A stretch of DNA of 38,978 nucleotides from Roseovarius sp. (GTDB taxonomy: Bacteria; Pseudomonadota; Alphaproteobacteria; Rhodobacterales; Rhodobacteraceae): contig DATFJQ010000242.1 in the NCBI GenBank assembly GCA_035269125.1, positions 1-38,978 on the forward strand, given 5' to 3'. Made by a program: the position numbers and the translations under genes. The notes under the pieces are model-generated. The model ran no database searches. It was not told the origin of the DNA and saw only the letters and a program-made list of their open reading frames with translations. Each line of letters opens with the position of its first letter. The first letter of the stretch is position 1. Shown piece by piece: positions 16,203-26,677 of this stretch.

Positions 16203-16958
16203 ATGAACGTCAAACCCGACTTCTCGAAGGGCAAGAACTACGCCGAGACCGCCCCGGCATTTCTTTCGATCTGGGATATGCAATCCTATTACGGCGAAAG
16301 CTATATCGTGCAGAACATCAGCTTCAACGTGCACGAGGGCGAAATTCTGGCCCTTTTGGGCCGCAACGGCGCGGGCAAAACCACCACGTTGCGATCCATC
16401 GCGCGGATGGACAGCCCGCAGGTCACGCATGGCGAGATCTGGCTGGATCACCAGCCGCTGCACAGGATGAAAAGCCACGAGGCCGCTTCGGTCGGCATCG
16501 GCCTTGTGCCCGAAGATCGTTGCATCATTCCCGGCCTCACGGTTGAGGAAAACCTGCAACTGGCGCAAATCGCCCCGCCCATCGGCTGGTCGCTTGAGCG
16601 CCTGTATGATCTGTTCCCGCGCTTGGCTGAACGCCGCAAACAAGAAGGCACCACCCTGTCTGGCGGCGAACAGCAAATGCTGGCCGTAGCCCGCGCCCTT
16701 GCGCGCGACATCAAGGTGCTTTTGCTGGACGAACCCTATGAGGGCCTTGCCCCGGTGATCGTCGATGAGATCGAGAAAACCCTGCGCGTCATTAAAGAAC
16801 AGGGCATGACAACGATTTTGGTCGAACAGAATGCCGTGCGTGCCCTTGAACTGGCAGACCGGGCTGTGATCCTGGATACAGGCTCGATCGTGTTTGACGG
16901 CTCTGCTGCAGAGGTTCTTGAAAACGAAGAACTCCGCTCCGAATATCTGGCGATTTAA
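16203..16958 (+). CDS. LivF-like ABC ATPase
   Basis: GRNGAGKTT; LSGGEQQ; LLLDEP; VEQN. Confidence 0.93.
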   Translation: MNVKPDFSKGKNYAETAPAFLSIWDMQSYYGESYIVQNISFNVHEGEILALLGRNGAGKTTTLRSIARMDSPQVTHGEIWLDHQPLHRMKSHEAASVGIGLVPEDRCIIPGLTVEENLQLAQIAPPIGWSLERLYDLFPRLAERRKQEGTTLSGGEQQMLAVARALARDIKVLLLDEPYEGLAPVIVDEIEKTLRVIKEQGMTTILVEQNAVRALELADRAVILDTGSIVFDGSAAEVLENEELRSEYLAI

Positions 16959-16972
16959 GTCGCCAACCCAAA

Positions 16973-17003
16973 GGTGGCGGCCGCTTGAACAGGCGCCGCC
17001 ACC
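16973..17003 (+). other. Hairpin between the ABC genes and acs
   Basis: GGTGGCGG..CCGCCACC stem, no U tract. Confidence 0.45.
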
Positions 17004-17043
17004 CGCATAGCATGTATTAAATTCAAGAACGCAAAGGTCAGAT

Positions 17044-18993
17044 ATGTCCGAAAAAACCTATCCCCCCACCGCTGATTTCGCAGCCAATGCCCATGTCGAC
17101 GCAGACCGCTACAACGAAATGTATCAGGCGTCGATCAGCGATCCTGACGGGTTTTGGGCAGAACACGGCAAGCGCGTCGATTGGATGAAGCCCTTCAGCA
17201 AGGTGAAGAACGTCAGCTTCGAGCCGGGCAATATCGCGATCAAGTGGTTCGAGGACGGCACCCTGAACGTCGCGGCAAACTGCATCGACCGTCACCTTGA
17301 AACCCGCGGCGACCAAACCGCCATCATCTGGGAACCCGACGATCCGGGCGACGCGGCCCAGCATATCACCTACCGACAGTTGCACGAAAACGTCTGCAAG
17401 ATGTCCAATGTGTTCAAGAACCTTGGCGTCGGCAAAGGTGATCGGGTTGTGATCTACCTGCCGATGGTCCCCGAAGCGGCCTATGCCATGCTGGCCTGTG
17501 CGCGGATCGGCGCGATCCACTCGATTGTTTTCGCAGGCTTTTCCCCGGATGCCCTTGGCGCGCGGATCAATGGCTGCGACGCCAAGCTGGTGATCACCGC
17601 CGACACCGCCCCGCGCGGCGGGCGCAAAACCAAGCTGAAAGACAACGTGAATCAGGCGCTGTTGCATGACGTTGACGATGTGAAATGCCTTGTCGTCAAA
17701 CGCACTGGCGATCAGATCGCGTGGCGCTCGGAGGGCGATTACTGGCTGCATGAAGAGCTGGAGAAGGTCGACGCCGACTGCCCACCCGAGGAAATGAACG
17801 CCGAAGACCCGCTGTTTGTTCTCTACACCTCCGGCTCAACCGGACAACCCAAGGGCGTTGTGCATTGTAGCGGTGGCTATCTTGTGTGGGCGTCGATGAC
17901 GCACGAAATCAGCTTTGACTACCACGATGGCGATATCTTCTGGTGCACGGCGGATGTCGGTTGGGTCACCGGGCACAGCTATATCGTCTATGGCCCCTTG
18001 GCCAATGGCGCGACCACGCTGATGTTCGAAGGTGTGCCCACCTACCCCGATGCCGGACGGTTCTGGGCGGTGTGCGAAAAGCACAAGGTCAACCAGTTCT
18101 ACACCGCGCCAACGGCGATCCGCGCGCTGATGGGCCAAGGCACCGAGTTTGTCGAAAAATACGACCTCAGCGATCTGAAAGTGCTGGGCACCGTCGGCGA
18201 GCCGATCAACCCCGAGGCGTGGAACTGGTATAATGATGTCGTTGGCAAGGGAAACTGCCCGATCGTCGATACATGGTGGCAGACGGAAACCGGCGGTCAT
18301 ATGATGACCCCCCTGCCCGGCGCCCACGCCACCAAACCCGGCGCGGCGATGAAGCCGTTCTTTGGCGTGCAGCCCGTGGTGCTTGAGCCCACCTCGGGCG
18401 AAGAAATCCACGACTATCCGACCGAAGGCGTCTTGTGCATGAAAGATAGCTGGCCGGGCCAGATGCGCACCGTCTGGGGCGATCATGAGCGGTTCGAGAA
18501 AACCTATTTCTCGGATTACAAAGGCTACTATTTCGCCGGTGACGGCTGCCGCCGTGACGCCGATGGCGATTACTGGATCACCGGCCGCGTCGATGATGTG
18601 ATCAACGTGTCCGGCCACCGTATGGGCACCGCCGAGGTGGAAAGCGCGCTGGTGGCCCATGCCAAGGTCGCCGAGGCCGCCGTTGTGGGCTATCCGCACG
18701 ACATCAAGGGGCAAGGCATCTATTGCTATGTCACCCTGATGACCGGCGAAGAGCCGACCGAAGAGCTGCGCAAAGAGCTGCGCACCTGGGTCCGGCAAGA
18801 GATCGGGCCGATCGCCGCGCCGGACCTGATCCAATGGGCGCCGGGCCTGCCGAAAACCCGTTCCGGCAAGATCATGCGCCGCATCCTGCGCAAGATCGCT
18901 GAAGATGACTTTGGCAGCCTTGGCGACACCTCGACCTTGGCCGACCCCAGTGTGGTGGATGACCTGATCGAAAATCGCATGAACCGCGACTGA
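17044..18993 (+). CDS. acs: Acetyl-CoA synthetase (AMP-forming)
   Basis: [41 protein letters not shown]; 649 aa. Confidence 0.96.
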   Translation: MSEKTYPPTADFAANAHVDADRYNEMYQASISDPDGFWAEHGKRVDWMKPFSKVKNVSFEPGNIAIKWFEDGTLNVAANCIDRHLETRGDQTAIIWEPDDPGDAAQHITYRQLHENVCKMSNVFKNLGVGKGDRVVIYLPMVPEAAYAMLACARIGAIHSIVFAGFSPDALGARINGCDAKLVITADTAPRGGRKTKLKDNVNQALLHDVDDVKCLVVKRTGDQIAWRSEGDYWLHEELEKVDADCPPEEMNAEDPLFVLYTSGSTGQPKGVVHCSGGYLVWASMTHEISFDYHDGDIFWCTADVGWVTGHSYIVYGPLANGATTLMFEGVPTYPDAGRFWAVCEKHKVNQFYTAPTAIRALMGQGTEFVEKYDLSDLKVLGTVGEPINPEAWNWYNDVVGKGNCPIVDTWWQTETGGHMMTPLPGAHATKPGAAMKPFFGVQPVVLEPTSGEEIHDYPTEGVLCMKDSWPGQMRTVWGDHERFEKTYFSDYKGYYFAGDGCRRDADGDYWITGRVDDVINVSGHRMGTAEVESALVAHAKVAEAAVVGYPHDIKGQGIYCYVTLMTGEEPTEELRKELRTWVRQEIGPIAAPDLIQWAPGLPKTRSGKIMRRILRKIAEDDFGSLGDTSTLADPSVVDDLIENRMNRD

Positions 18994-19018
18994 AATCTGT
19001 CTCAAGATTGACCGGATT

Positions 19019-19053
19019 ACCCTGCAAGGCCCAAGGTCTTGCAGGGTTTTTTT
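19019..19053 (+). terminator. Rho-independent terminator after acs
   Basis: ACCCTGCAAGGCC-CAA-GGTCTTGCAGGGT followed by a T run. Confidence 0.85.
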
Positions 19054-19172
19054 GTATCTGTCGTTCTTGGCCGTAACGCCGAGGCGCGCACCCGCGGGGG
19101 TGCAACATGCCTGCCTCCATGATAGGCTGGCGTGTGGTATTGAGTGCCTGCAAAATTAGAAGGAGCAAATTT

Positions 19173-19445
19173 ATGCGTAAAATTCTTACAATCTTCGCAG
19201 TGACCGGCAGCATGACGCTGGCGGGGTGTGTCAGCGAAAATCAGGAACGTCAGGTTACCGGTGCCGTGATCGGTGGCGGACTAGGGCTGATCACCTCCAA
19301 GGTTCTTGGCGCCGATAACGATTGGGTGGTTGTCTCCACCCTGGCCGGCGCCGCGGCTGGTGCACTGGTTGCGAAAAACCAGCAAACCGGACTCTGCGCC
19401 TATGCCCGTGGCGACGGCACGTATTACCGTGCGCCATGCCCTTGA
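19173..19445 (+). CDS. Small glycine-zipper lipoprotein (90 aa)
   Basis: AAGGAG RBS; MRKILTIFAV..LAGC lipobox; GAVIGGGLG..LAGAAAGALV. Confidence 0.85.
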   Translation: MRKILTIFAVTGSMTLAGCVSENQERQVTGAVIGGGLGLITSKVLGADNDWVVVSTLAGAAAGALVAKNQQTGLCAYARGDGTYYRAPCP

Positions 19446-19481
19446 TCTGATATTTGCGGGCGGCGCGTTATGCGCCGCCCT

Positions 19482-19946
19482 TCAACCACGCCCGCGATAC
19501 GGCGCAACCCCTTGATCGGGAATCCAGACACCCTCGGGCATCGGGCCAGTCTGATAGAACACATCAATCGGAATGCCCCCGCGCGGATACCAGTAGCCCC
19601 CAATGCGCAGCCATTGCGGCTCTAGAAACTCGGCCAAGCGGCGCGCGATGGTGATGGTGCAATCCTCGTGAAAGGCCCCGTGATTGCGGAAACTGCCCAA
19701 GAACAGCTTGAGCGATTTGCTTTCCACCAGCCACTCTCCGGGCACGTAATCAATCACCAGATGCGCAAAATCCGGCTGCCCTGTCATTGGGCACAGCGAT
19801 GTAAATTCCGGCGCCACAAAGCGCACGTTGTAGGCCACATCGGCCTGTGGGTTTTTCACCCGCTCCAAAACCGCCTCTTCGGGGCTTTGCGGCAAATCAG
19901 ACGCACCGCCCAACTGCTTGAGGTCTTTATAGATATTCTCGCTCAT
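19482..19946 (-). CDS. queF: preQ0 reductase (unimodular QueF)
   Basis: [15 protein letters not shown]; [10 protein letters not shown]; FHE; PRGGIPI. Confidence 0.96.
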   Translation of the reverse strand: MSENIYKDLKQLGGASDLPQSPEEAVLERVKNPQADVAYNVRFVAPEFTSLCPMTGQPDFAHLVIDYVPGEWLVESKSLKLFLGSFRNHGAFHEDCTITIARRLAEFLEPQWLRIGGYWYPRGGIPIDVFYQTGPMPEGVWIPDQGVAPYRGRG

Positions 19947-19958
19947 CGGTTTTCTCCG

Positions 19959-20687
19959 TCAAACACCGCGTTTGTTGCCCCACAGCGTCACGTGCAATTG
20001 CGGCAGCACGCGCGCCTGATACCATTTGTCCTGAACCACCCGGTCCACCAACCAGCGCATCCGGTCATCCACACCGGCCTGATCGACGGTGGCGCTGTCA
20101 TCGCCCGGCGGGGGTGGCGTATGGTTGCCCGGCTGCAAAAACAGCGGCAAATGCGGATAGCGCCCGGCCACGTCCCGCGCCCATTGGTAATCGGCCTCAT
20201 CAAAGATCACGATCTTGAGGACCATGTCAGCGTCCTGCCCTGCGGCCAGACAGGCGTCAAACGCACCCCAATCCACCTGCATCTTGCTGGATGGCGGCTT
20301 GGGGCTGAGCACCAGCATATCCAAGTCGGAAAACCAGTCCTGCGCGACCGACCCTTGGGTTTCCAAGGCAAACCCATAGCCCTGCGCGTGCCCAAGGCGG
20401 ATCACCTCGCCCAAGGGCTGAATGGCCGGATTGCCGCCGGACAGCGACACCAGCAGGGGCTGCCCGCCCGATAGACGGGTAACTTCGGCCATGATGTCTT
20501 GGGCGGTCATCGGCGTCCATGTCGCGCGATAGGCTGAATCAACCGCGTGCAGGCTGTCGCACCAGTCGCAGCGATAGTCACAGCCGCCGGTGCGCACGAA
20601 CACTGTCGGCACCCCGATCAGCGCGCCTTCACCCTGAATGGTCGGCCCGAACATCTCGGAAACGCGGATGACGCTTTGATCGCTCAT
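19959..20687 (-). CDS. queE: 7-carboxy-7-deazaguanine synthase, radical SAM
   Basis: [11 protein letters not shown]; [14 protein letters not shown]; SLSGGNP; LPQLH; ATG 20687 overlaps the queD stop (ATGA). Confidence 0.95.
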   Translation of the reverse strand: MSDQSVIRVSEMFGPTIQGEGALIGVPTVFVRTGGCDYRCDWCDSLHAVDSAYRATWTPMTAQDIMAEVTRLSGGQPLLVSLSGGNPAIQPLGEVIRLGHAQGYGFALETQGSVAQDWFSDLDMLVLSPKPPSSKMQVDWGAFDACLAAGQDADMVLKIVIFDEADYQWARDVAGRYPHLPLFLQPGNHTPPPPGDDSATVDQAGVDDRMRWLVDRVVQDKWYQARVLPQLHVTLWGNKRGV

Positions 20688-21040
20688 GGCCGGTATACGG
20701 CCCATGTCTTGGGGGTCTCGCTCACCTTGATCGCCGAAACCTCGGGCCAACGGGCAGCGCACCAATCATAAAAATGCTTGGCCATGCGCTCCGCAGTCAC
20801 CCCGTCATCCCCCAAAATGTCATTAAGGTGACGGTGGTCCAAAACATCGTCGATATAGCGTTTGAACTCGGCCAGATCGAGGTAGTCGCGCACGAAGCCA
20901 TGCGCGTTCAACTCTGCCGCGCGCAGCTCGACCACGACGATATAATTATGCCCGTGCAGGCGCGCGCATTGGTGATCATCGGGCAGACCGAACAATTGAT
21001 GCGAGGCCGAAAAATGAAATTCTTTGGTGATCGTATACAT
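20684..21040 (-). CDS. queD: 6-carboxy-5,6,7,8-tetrahydropterin synthase
   Basis: [28 protein letters not shown]. Confidence 0.95.
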   Translation of the reverse strand: MYTITKEFHFSASHQLFGLPDDHQCARLHGHNYIVVVELRAAELNAHGFVRDYLDLAEFKRYIDDVLDHRHLNDILGDDGVTAERMAKHFYDWCAARWPEVSAIKVSETPKTWAVYRP

Positions 21041-21733
21041 TTACTGGCCCTCCACCACACTGCGCCAATAGTCAGGATCGGCATACACCGTCGGGTCATC
21101 CACCCCGGCCAGATGAAACGCCTCGCGCCGCTCAACGCAGGTGCCGCAGCGCCCGCAATGCAGATCACCGCCTTTGTAACAAGACCATGTTTCAGCAAAA
21201 GGCGTGTTGTGGCGCGTGCCTTCGGTCACGATGTCGGCCTTCGAGATGGTGACAAACGGTGTATACAAATCCACCTTGGCCACCCCATCAAGCGCCTTGT
21301 TTTCCATGGCTTGAAAGGCGTCGATGAAATCGGGGCGGCAATCGGGGTAGATGAAATGATCGCCGCCATGCACAGCCGCCGCGACCGCACTGGCCCCTTG
21401 CGCCGCCGCCATACCAAAGCCAACAGCCAGCATGATGGCGTTGCGGTTGGGCACCACGGTGATGCGCATGGTTTCTTCCTCGTAATGCCCGTCGGGCACA
21501 TCCACGTCATCGGTCAACGCCGATCCCGACAGCGCCGCGCCCACGCCGCGAAGATCAACCACGTGATGCGCCACATCCAAGCGGCGCGCACAGGCTGCCG
21601 CAAAGTCCAGTTCCTTGGCATGGCGCTGGCCATAATCGAACGACAACAGGGCGGTCAGCTCGCGTTCAGCGGCGACCTTGTGGGCAAGCGATACAGAATC
21701 CAGCCCGCCCGAGCAGATAACGATAGTCTTCAT
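21041..21733 (-). CDS. queC: 7-cyano-7-deazaguanine synthase
   Basis: True start ATG 21733 (MKTIVICSGGLDS); YGQRH, VPNRN, YPDCR, TWSCY..HCGRCGTC. Confidence 0.96.
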   Translation of the reverse strand: MKTIVICSGGLDSVSLAHKVAAERELTALLSFDYGQRHAKELDFAAACARRLDVAHHVVDLRGVGAALSGSALTDDVDVPDGHYEEETMRITVVPNRNAIMLAVGFGMAAAQGASAVAAAVHGGDHFIYPDCRPDFIDAFQAMENKALDGVAKVDLYTPFVTISKADIVTEGTRHNTPFAETWSCYKGGDLHCGRCGTCVERREAFHLAGVDDPTVYADPDYWRSVVEGQ

Positions 21734-21740
21734 TTGTTTT

Positions 21741-21773
21741 GTCCTTGTTTTGAGCGGGTAGGCTGCGACCGCA
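21741..21773 (-). ncRNA. preQ1-I (type II-like) riboswitch
   Basis: GCGG-UCGCAGCCUAC-CCGC-UCAAAACAAG-GA directly before the queC ATG. Closely parallels the Thermoanaerobacter aptamer CUGGG-UCGCAGUAAC-CCCAG-UUAACAAAACAAG (recalled); its 3' end overlaps the AAGGA SD. Confidence 0.85.
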
Positions 21774-21853
21774 TGAGGCGCATCTAGGCCTTTCGCGGCC
21801 AAATGGCAAGAACACGCCCTTGGATCACCCGATAAACCGGGCCATAAAGGCCT

Positions 21854-22396
21854 ATGGAAATTTCCGACCTTGCCTTTGAACACGCCCCCGTCGGGCTGGC
21901 CGTTTTGGAAAAACGGATCATACGGCACTGCAATCGGCAGTTCGCAGCCACGTTTGGCGGGCAGACTTCGGAATTCACCGATATCCCGCTGGCGCGCTAT
22001 TACCCATCCATCGAGGATTACAGCCGCATCGGCGAACGCGCCTTGGCGGCAATGCGCACGACCGGGCGGTATAGCGACGAACGGATCATGAAGCGCAGCG
22101 ACGGCACGCTGTTCTGGTGCCGGGCGCGCGGCCAATCGCTGACCCCCGACGATCCGTTTCAACGCGGGGTCTGGTCGTTTACCGATTTATCCGATGAACG
22201 CCCGCTGGTCGAACTGACCAGCCGAGAACGCGAGGTTGCGATTCTGACCTGCCGGGGCATGACATCCAAGGAAATCGGCCTTGAACTGGGGCTAAGCTAT
22301 CGCACCATCGAAGTCTATCGCGCCCGCTTGCTAGAGAAGTTTCAGGCGCGTAAACTGGCCGAACTGGTGGCGAAACTCTCAGGCATGCCGCTCTAG
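21854..22396 (+). CDS. PAS-LuxR HTH transcriptional regulator
   Basis: N-terminal PAS (AFEHAPVG..CNRQF..RSDGTLFWC); LTSREREVA..GMTSKEIG..LSYRTIEVYRARL. Confidence 0.88.
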   Translation: MEISDLAFEHAPVGLAVLEKRIIRHCNRQFAATFGGQTSEFTDIPLARYYPSIEDYSRIGERALAAMRTTGRYSDERIMKRSDGTLFWCRARGQSLTPDDPFQRGVWSFTDLSDERPLVELTSREREVAILTCRGMTSKEIGLELGLSYRTIEVYRARLLEKFQARKLAELVAKLSGMPL

Positions 22397-22567
22397 ACTT
22401 GACCTTGGGTCGCTTTTACGGCTTTTCCCCCTCGAAATTGTGGGCCATATCCGCCATGTTGTAGGGAAACTGCCCGCTTTTCTATGGTCCAAGCTTGCCC
22501 TATAAGCGGCAAAAATCAGTGAAACGCGATGGCATAGGCAAGCCATCGCCAGCGGTCGAGGAACCCG

Positions 22568-23065
22568 ATGCCGAATAAAACCCATGAAACGGATGTGGCC
22601 TTTGTCAAGGCGCTGGCCGAATTGCTGAATGACAACGATTTGACCGAACTTCAGGTCAAACGCGACTACGGCGAAAACGACAGCCTGAATGTCCGCGTCA
22701 GCCGCCAAAAAGAGGTTGTCACGCAGATGCAAGCGGCCCCGGCGCAAGCAGCCCCCATGGCCGCGGCCGCACCCGCTGCAGCAGCGGCGGGCCCGGCCCC
22801 GGCGGACGCGATCGAAGATCCCGCCAGCCACCCCGGCGCAGTGACGTCGCCGATGGTCGGCACCGTCTACATGCAGGCCGAGCCCGGCGCGCCGTCTTTC
22901 GTCAGCGTCGGTGACAGCGTCGCCGAGGGCGACACCCTGCTGATCATCGAGGCGATGAAAACCATGAACCATATTCCGGCCACGCGCGCCGGCACCGTCA
23001 AACGCATCTTGGTCGAAGATGGCGCCGCCGTTGAATATGGCGCACCTTTGATGATCATCGAGTAA
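22568..23065 (+). CDS. accB: Biotin carboxyl carrier protein
   Basis: SPMVGTVY; IEAMKTMN; Ala/Pro linker. Confidence 0.96.
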   Translation: MPNKTHETDVAFVKALAELLNDNDLTELQVKRDYGENDSLNVRVSRQKEVVTQMQAAPAQAAPMAAAAPAAAAAGPAPADAIEDPASHPGAVTSPMVGTVYMQAEPGAPSFVSVGDSVAEGDTLLIIEAMKTMNHIPATRAGTVKRILVEDGAAVEYGAPLMIIE

Positions 23066-23075
23066 GGGCGGGCTG

Positions 23076-24431
23076 ATGTTCGACAAGATCCTCATCGCCA
23101 ACCGGGGCGAAATTGCCCTGCGGGTGATCCGTGCGGCGCGCGAAATGGGCATCCAAAGCGTTGCGGTGCATTCCACTGCCGACGCCGATGCGATGCACGT
23201 GCGCATGGCCGACGAATCCGTCTGCATTGGCCCGCCATCGGCCACCGACAGTTATTTGTCCATCCCCGCGATCATCGCCGCCTGCGAGGTCACAGGCGCG
23301 CAGGCGATCCACCCGGGCTATGGGTTTTTATCGGAAAATGCCAATTTTGTGCAGATCGTCGAAGATCATGGCCTGAAATTCATCGGCCCAACAGCGGAAC
23401 ATATTCGCGTCATGGGCGACAAGATCACCGCCAAAGATACGATGAAAAACCTTGGTGTGCCCTGTGTTCCCGGCTCGGATGGGGGCGTGGCGACACTGGA
23501 CGAAGCCAAGAAACTGGGGGCCGAAATTGGCTATCCGGTGATCATCAAGGCCACCGCCGGTGGCGGCGGGCGCGGTATGAAGGTGGCGAATTCCGCTTCC
23601 GAGATGGAACAAGCCTTTATGACGGCGCGGTCCGAAGGCAAGGCCGCGTTTGGCAATGACGAAGTCTATATCGAAAAGTATCTGCAAAAGCCGCGTCATA
23701 TCGAAATTCAGGTGTTCGGCGATGGCAAGGGGCGCGCGGTGCACTTGGGCGAACGCGATTGTTCACTGCAACGCCGACATCAGAAAGTCTTTGAAGAGGC
23801 CCCCGGCCCCAGCATCACCGAAGAGGAACGCGCGCGCATCGGTGCGACCTGCGCCGAGGCTGTTGCGGCGATCAACTACGCCGGGGCCGGCACGATCGAG
23901 TTTCTGTATGAGGATGGCGAGTTTTATTTCATCGAGATGAACACCCGCCTTCAGGTGGAACACCCGGTGACCGAGGCGATTTTCGGGGTGGATCTGGTCC
24001 AAGAGCAGATCCGTGTCGCCGAAGGCCACCCGATGTCCTTCACGCAGGACGACCTAAAAATCAACGGTCACGCGATCGAGGTGCGCATAAACGCCGAGAA
24101 GCTGCCGGATTTTGCCCCGCGTCCGGGCAAGATCACGCAGTTCCATGTTCCCGGTGGCTTGGGCGTTCGGATGGATTCGGCGCTTTATGATGGCTACACG
24201 ATCCCGCCATATTACGACTCACTGATCGGCAAGCTGATTGTCCACGGCCAAGACCGGCACAGCGCGCTGACCCGTTTGAACCGTGCCTTGGGTGAGTTGA
24301 TTGTCGATGGTGTCGATACCACTGTTCCGCTGTTCCACGCGCTGTTGCAAGAACCCGACATTCAAAGCGGCAATTATTCGATCCACTGGCTGGAAAAATG
24401 GCTGGCGGCCAATCTTGAGCAAGGTGACTGA
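23076..24431 (+). CDS. accC: Biotin carboxylase
   Basis: ANRGEIA; GGGGRGM; [12 protein letters not shown]; [14 protein letters not shown]. Confidence 0.96.
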   Translation: MFDKILIANRGEIALRVIRAAREMGIQSVAVHSTADADAMHVRMADESVCIGPPSATDSYLSIPAIIAACEVTGAQAIHPGYGFLSENANFVQIVEDHGLKFIGPTAEHIRVMGDKITAKDTMKNLGVPCVPGSDGGVATLDEAKKLGAEIGYPVIIKATAGGGGRGMKVANSASEMEQAFMTARSEGKAAFGNDEVYIEKYLQKPRHIEIQVFGDGKGRAVHLGERDCSLQRRHQKVFEEAPGPSITEEERARIGATCAEAVAAINYAGAGTIEFLYEDGEFYFIEMNTRLQVEHPVTEAIFGVDLVQEQIRVAEGHPMSFTQDDLKINGHAIEVRINAEKLPDFAPRPGKITQFHVPGGLGVRMDSALYDGYTIPPYYDSLIGKLIVHGQDRHSALTRLNRALGELIVDGVDTTVPLFHALLQEPDIQSGNYSIHWLEKWLAANLEQGD

Positions 24432-24434
24432 CGC

Positions 24435-25130
24435 TTAACCGCCGTCAGAAGCATTTTTTGGCATCAAGGTAAAGCTGCCGCGGCTTTTTGATCCGTTTTG
24501 GTAATAGTCGGACAAACCAAGCCTGCCGTCGTCGTGCAGTAAGCCCCAATCGATCCAATCCAGATCGAAACCCGCATCGCGAGACGCCATGGCAATCGCC
24601 CCGTGGCTGGGAATAAGCCGCGTGGCGGTTGCGCCGTGTATCGGACGGCGGGGCTTTTCCAATGCCATGATCGGGTCATTGGTGGTGGCAAACAGCCCAT
24701 CGCCGATCACAAGACGTGGGTGCAAGGCCATGATCGCCATGAACCAGTCATGCAACGGCACAGCCCCCTCCAACACATCAAACAGAACAACCACATCATA
24801 CCTGCGCCCTGCCTGCGCCTCGGCGATCATTTCCTCCAACACATCGGCGTTGCGCAAATCAATCCTTTCGCGCAGGCCGATATCTGGCAAACGCGAGAAC
24901 CGTTCAACCAGTTCGCCGCATGGCTCAACCCCGACCACTTGCAAGGCCCCTGCCGCCGCGAAACTGTAGCACCAGCGCCCATCCTCGGCCCCCAAAAGCA
25001 AAACCGTGGAATCGGCGATCACATGCCGAAACCCATCCACCAACATCGCGTGCCGTGCCTGCATGCGATTGGCCATCATATTGACCTCGCTTTCAAAAAA
25101 TCCATTTGGCGTATGATCTTGAACGGTCAT
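24435..25130 (-). CDS. Class I SAM-dependent methyltransferase-like protein
   Basis: TVLLLGAEDGRW..AGALQVVGVEP..ADVLE..RYDVVVLFDVL; start ATG 25130 after AAAGGA. Confidence 0.6.
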   Translation of the reverse strand: MTVQDHTPNGFFESEVNMMANRMQARHAMLVDGFRHVIADSTVLLLGAEDGRWCYSFAAAGALQVVGVEPCGELVERFSRLPDIGLRERIDLRNADVLEEMIAEAQAGRRYDVVVLFDVLEGAVPLHDWFMAIMALHPRLVIGDGLFATTNDPIMALEKPRRPIHGATATRLIPSHGAIAMASRDAGFDLDWIDWGLLHDDGRLGLSDYYQNGSKSRGSFTLMPKNASDGG

Positions 25131-25232
25131 TCCTTTGCCCTTTCCCGCAATGGTCTTGCAGGCATAGCATTGCAACCGCTACTGAAGGCTTAACGCCCGA
25201 GCCCCAACTTTGGAAAACTGTCCCGCATTCAA

Positions 25233-25883
25233 ATGACACCCCCATTGCCACACATCACCCCGGATATTTTGCTCAAGGCCTATGCGGCCGGGGTGTTCCC
25301 CATGTCCGAGCATCGCGACGACCCTGATATTTTTTGGGTCGATCCGCGCCGGAGGGGCATCCTCCCCTTGGACGGGTTCCATATCTCGCGGTCATTGGCG
25401 CGGCGCATGCGCAAAAAGGGCTATACGGTGTCCCTAAACACCGATTTCAGCGGTGTTTTGGACGGCTGCGCCGATCGGCCGGATACGTGGATAAATTCCG
25501 AAATTCGGCGCCTATATCTGGATCTTCATGATTTGGGGCACGCCCATTCAATCGAGATTTCAACAGATGGCACCCTGATCGGCGGGGTGTATGGTGTCAC
25601 CTTGGGCACAGCTTTTTTCGGCGAAAGCATGTTTTCAAGGCGCACCGATGCATCAAAACTGGCGTTGGCGCACCTGACAGATCATCTGCGGCGCTGTGGC
25701 TTTACCCTGTTTGATACACAGTTCATCACACCGCATCTGGCCAGCCTTGGCGGCGGGGAAATCAGCCGGTCAGAGTATCATCAATTCTTGTCAAAAGCCT
25801 TGGAAAAAACCGCCTCAATCACATCCGAACCGCTTGAAAGCGATCCTCACTCGGTCTTGCAGCGCAACACCCAAACGTCATAG
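25233..25883 (+). CDS. aat: Leucyl/phenylalanyl-tRNA--protein transferase
   Basis: LLKAYAAGVFPM; WVDPRRRG; TWI; AHSIE; FFGESMFS; DTQF..HLASLG. Confidence 0.95.
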   Translation: MTPPLPHITPDILLKAYAAGVFPMSEHRDDPDIFWVDPRRRGILPLDGFHISRSLARRMRKKGYTVSLNTDFSGVLDGCADRPDTWINSEIRRLYLDLHDLGHAHSIEISTDGTLIGGVYGVTLGTAFFGESMFSRRTDASKLALAHLTDHLRRCGFTLFDTQFITPHLASLGGGEISRSEYHQFLSKALEKTASITSEPLESDPHSVLQRNTQTS

Positions 25884-26209
25884 CGGGGGTGCTCCATCGC
25901 GTTCAGCGCCGGAGAAGAGGCAATCATCCAGCCCTCGAAAATCGGACCGTTTCCATTGGCCTCTTCGATCGACATAAAAGCAAACGCATCGCCTGCCGCG
26001 TTGCCCGCAGGATAGCGGCACTCGCGCAAGATGACCGTCAACTTACCCAGTTGCGCGCTTTCACCGCTGGCAAGGTCCATGTCGACTGACGTGCCGTTCA
26101 ATTTGTCCAACCCGCGCAACACCGCGCCGGTACCGACAACGACATCTTGGGCCATGCTTGGCGCCGGCAAAATAAGCGCGATCGACAGGCACAGCGCGCG
26201 CAGCGTCAT
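25847..26209 (-). CDS. DUF2155-like secreted protein
   Basis: Signal peptide; LRGLDK..FEGWMIASSPALNAMEHPRYDVWVLRC. Confidence 0.8.
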   Translation of the reverse strand: MTLRALCLSIALILPAPSMAQDVVVGTGAVLRGLDKLNGTSVDMDLASGESAQLGKLTVILRECRYPAGNAAGDAFAFMSIEEANGNGPIFEGWMIASSPALNAMEHPRYDVWVLRCKTE

Positions 26210-26664
26210 TCGGCGCTTCCCTGATCGTCACCGGCGACAAATTTCATCAATAGGGACACAAGGCTGACAGAACCTTGGGTGAACTCGATCTCGTCCCCTT
26301 CAGCGAAAGAAAACGGTGATCCCCCGGGCAGAATCTCGACAAAGTTCCCGCCCAACAGCCCTTCTGAGCTGATGGCAACGGCACTATCATCAGGCACTTC
26401 AATGCCGTCGGTCACTGTAAACGTGGCGCGCGCGCGATAGGTTGTCGGATCAAGTGCGATATCTGTGACCCGGCCAACTTTGACACCGGCCATACGCACG
26501 TCTGTGCCGACATCGACGCCGTCCGCACTGCGGAAACTGGCGCTGAGAGGATATTCCGTGCTGCCACTGGAAAACCCCGTCACTTGCCCGGCGTAAATCA
26601 AAAAGCCAATAGCAACTGCCAATACGGCGCCGCCTACAACAACTTCGGTGGTGCTTTCAGACAT
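26206..26664 (-). CDS. mlaD: MCE-domain protein MlaD
   Basis: Start ATG 26664; TM anchor; GTDVRMAGVKVGRV; SEGLLGGNFVEILPG. Confidence 0.88.
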   Translation of the reverse strand: MSESTTEVVVGGAVLAVAIGFLIYAGQVTGFSSGSTEYPLSASFRSADGVDVGTDVRMAGVKVGRVTDIALDPTTYRARATFTVTDGIEVPDDSAVAISSEGLLGGNFVEILPGGSPFSFAEGDEIEFTQGSVSLVSLLMKFVAGDDQGSAE

Positions 26665-26677
26665 CAGTCTTGCGCCC

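Noticed and set aside
15708-19005. Long minus-strand ORFs (322, 237 and 389 aa)
   Set aside because: Antisense shadows of the ATPases and acs.
19482-21733. 7-deazaguanine DNA-modification (dpd) defence island
   Set aside because: No dpdA/tgt-like or other dpd genes; queF and a preQ1 riboswitch indicate ordinary tRNA queuosine synthesis.
21734-22162. 143-aa N-terminal extension on QueC
   Set aside because: Overlaps the riboswitch and the divergent regulator; the SGGLDS motif and SD place the start at 21733.
22728-22812. GC-rich repetitive stretch in accB
   Set aside because: Encodes the normal Ala/Pro linker of BCCP.
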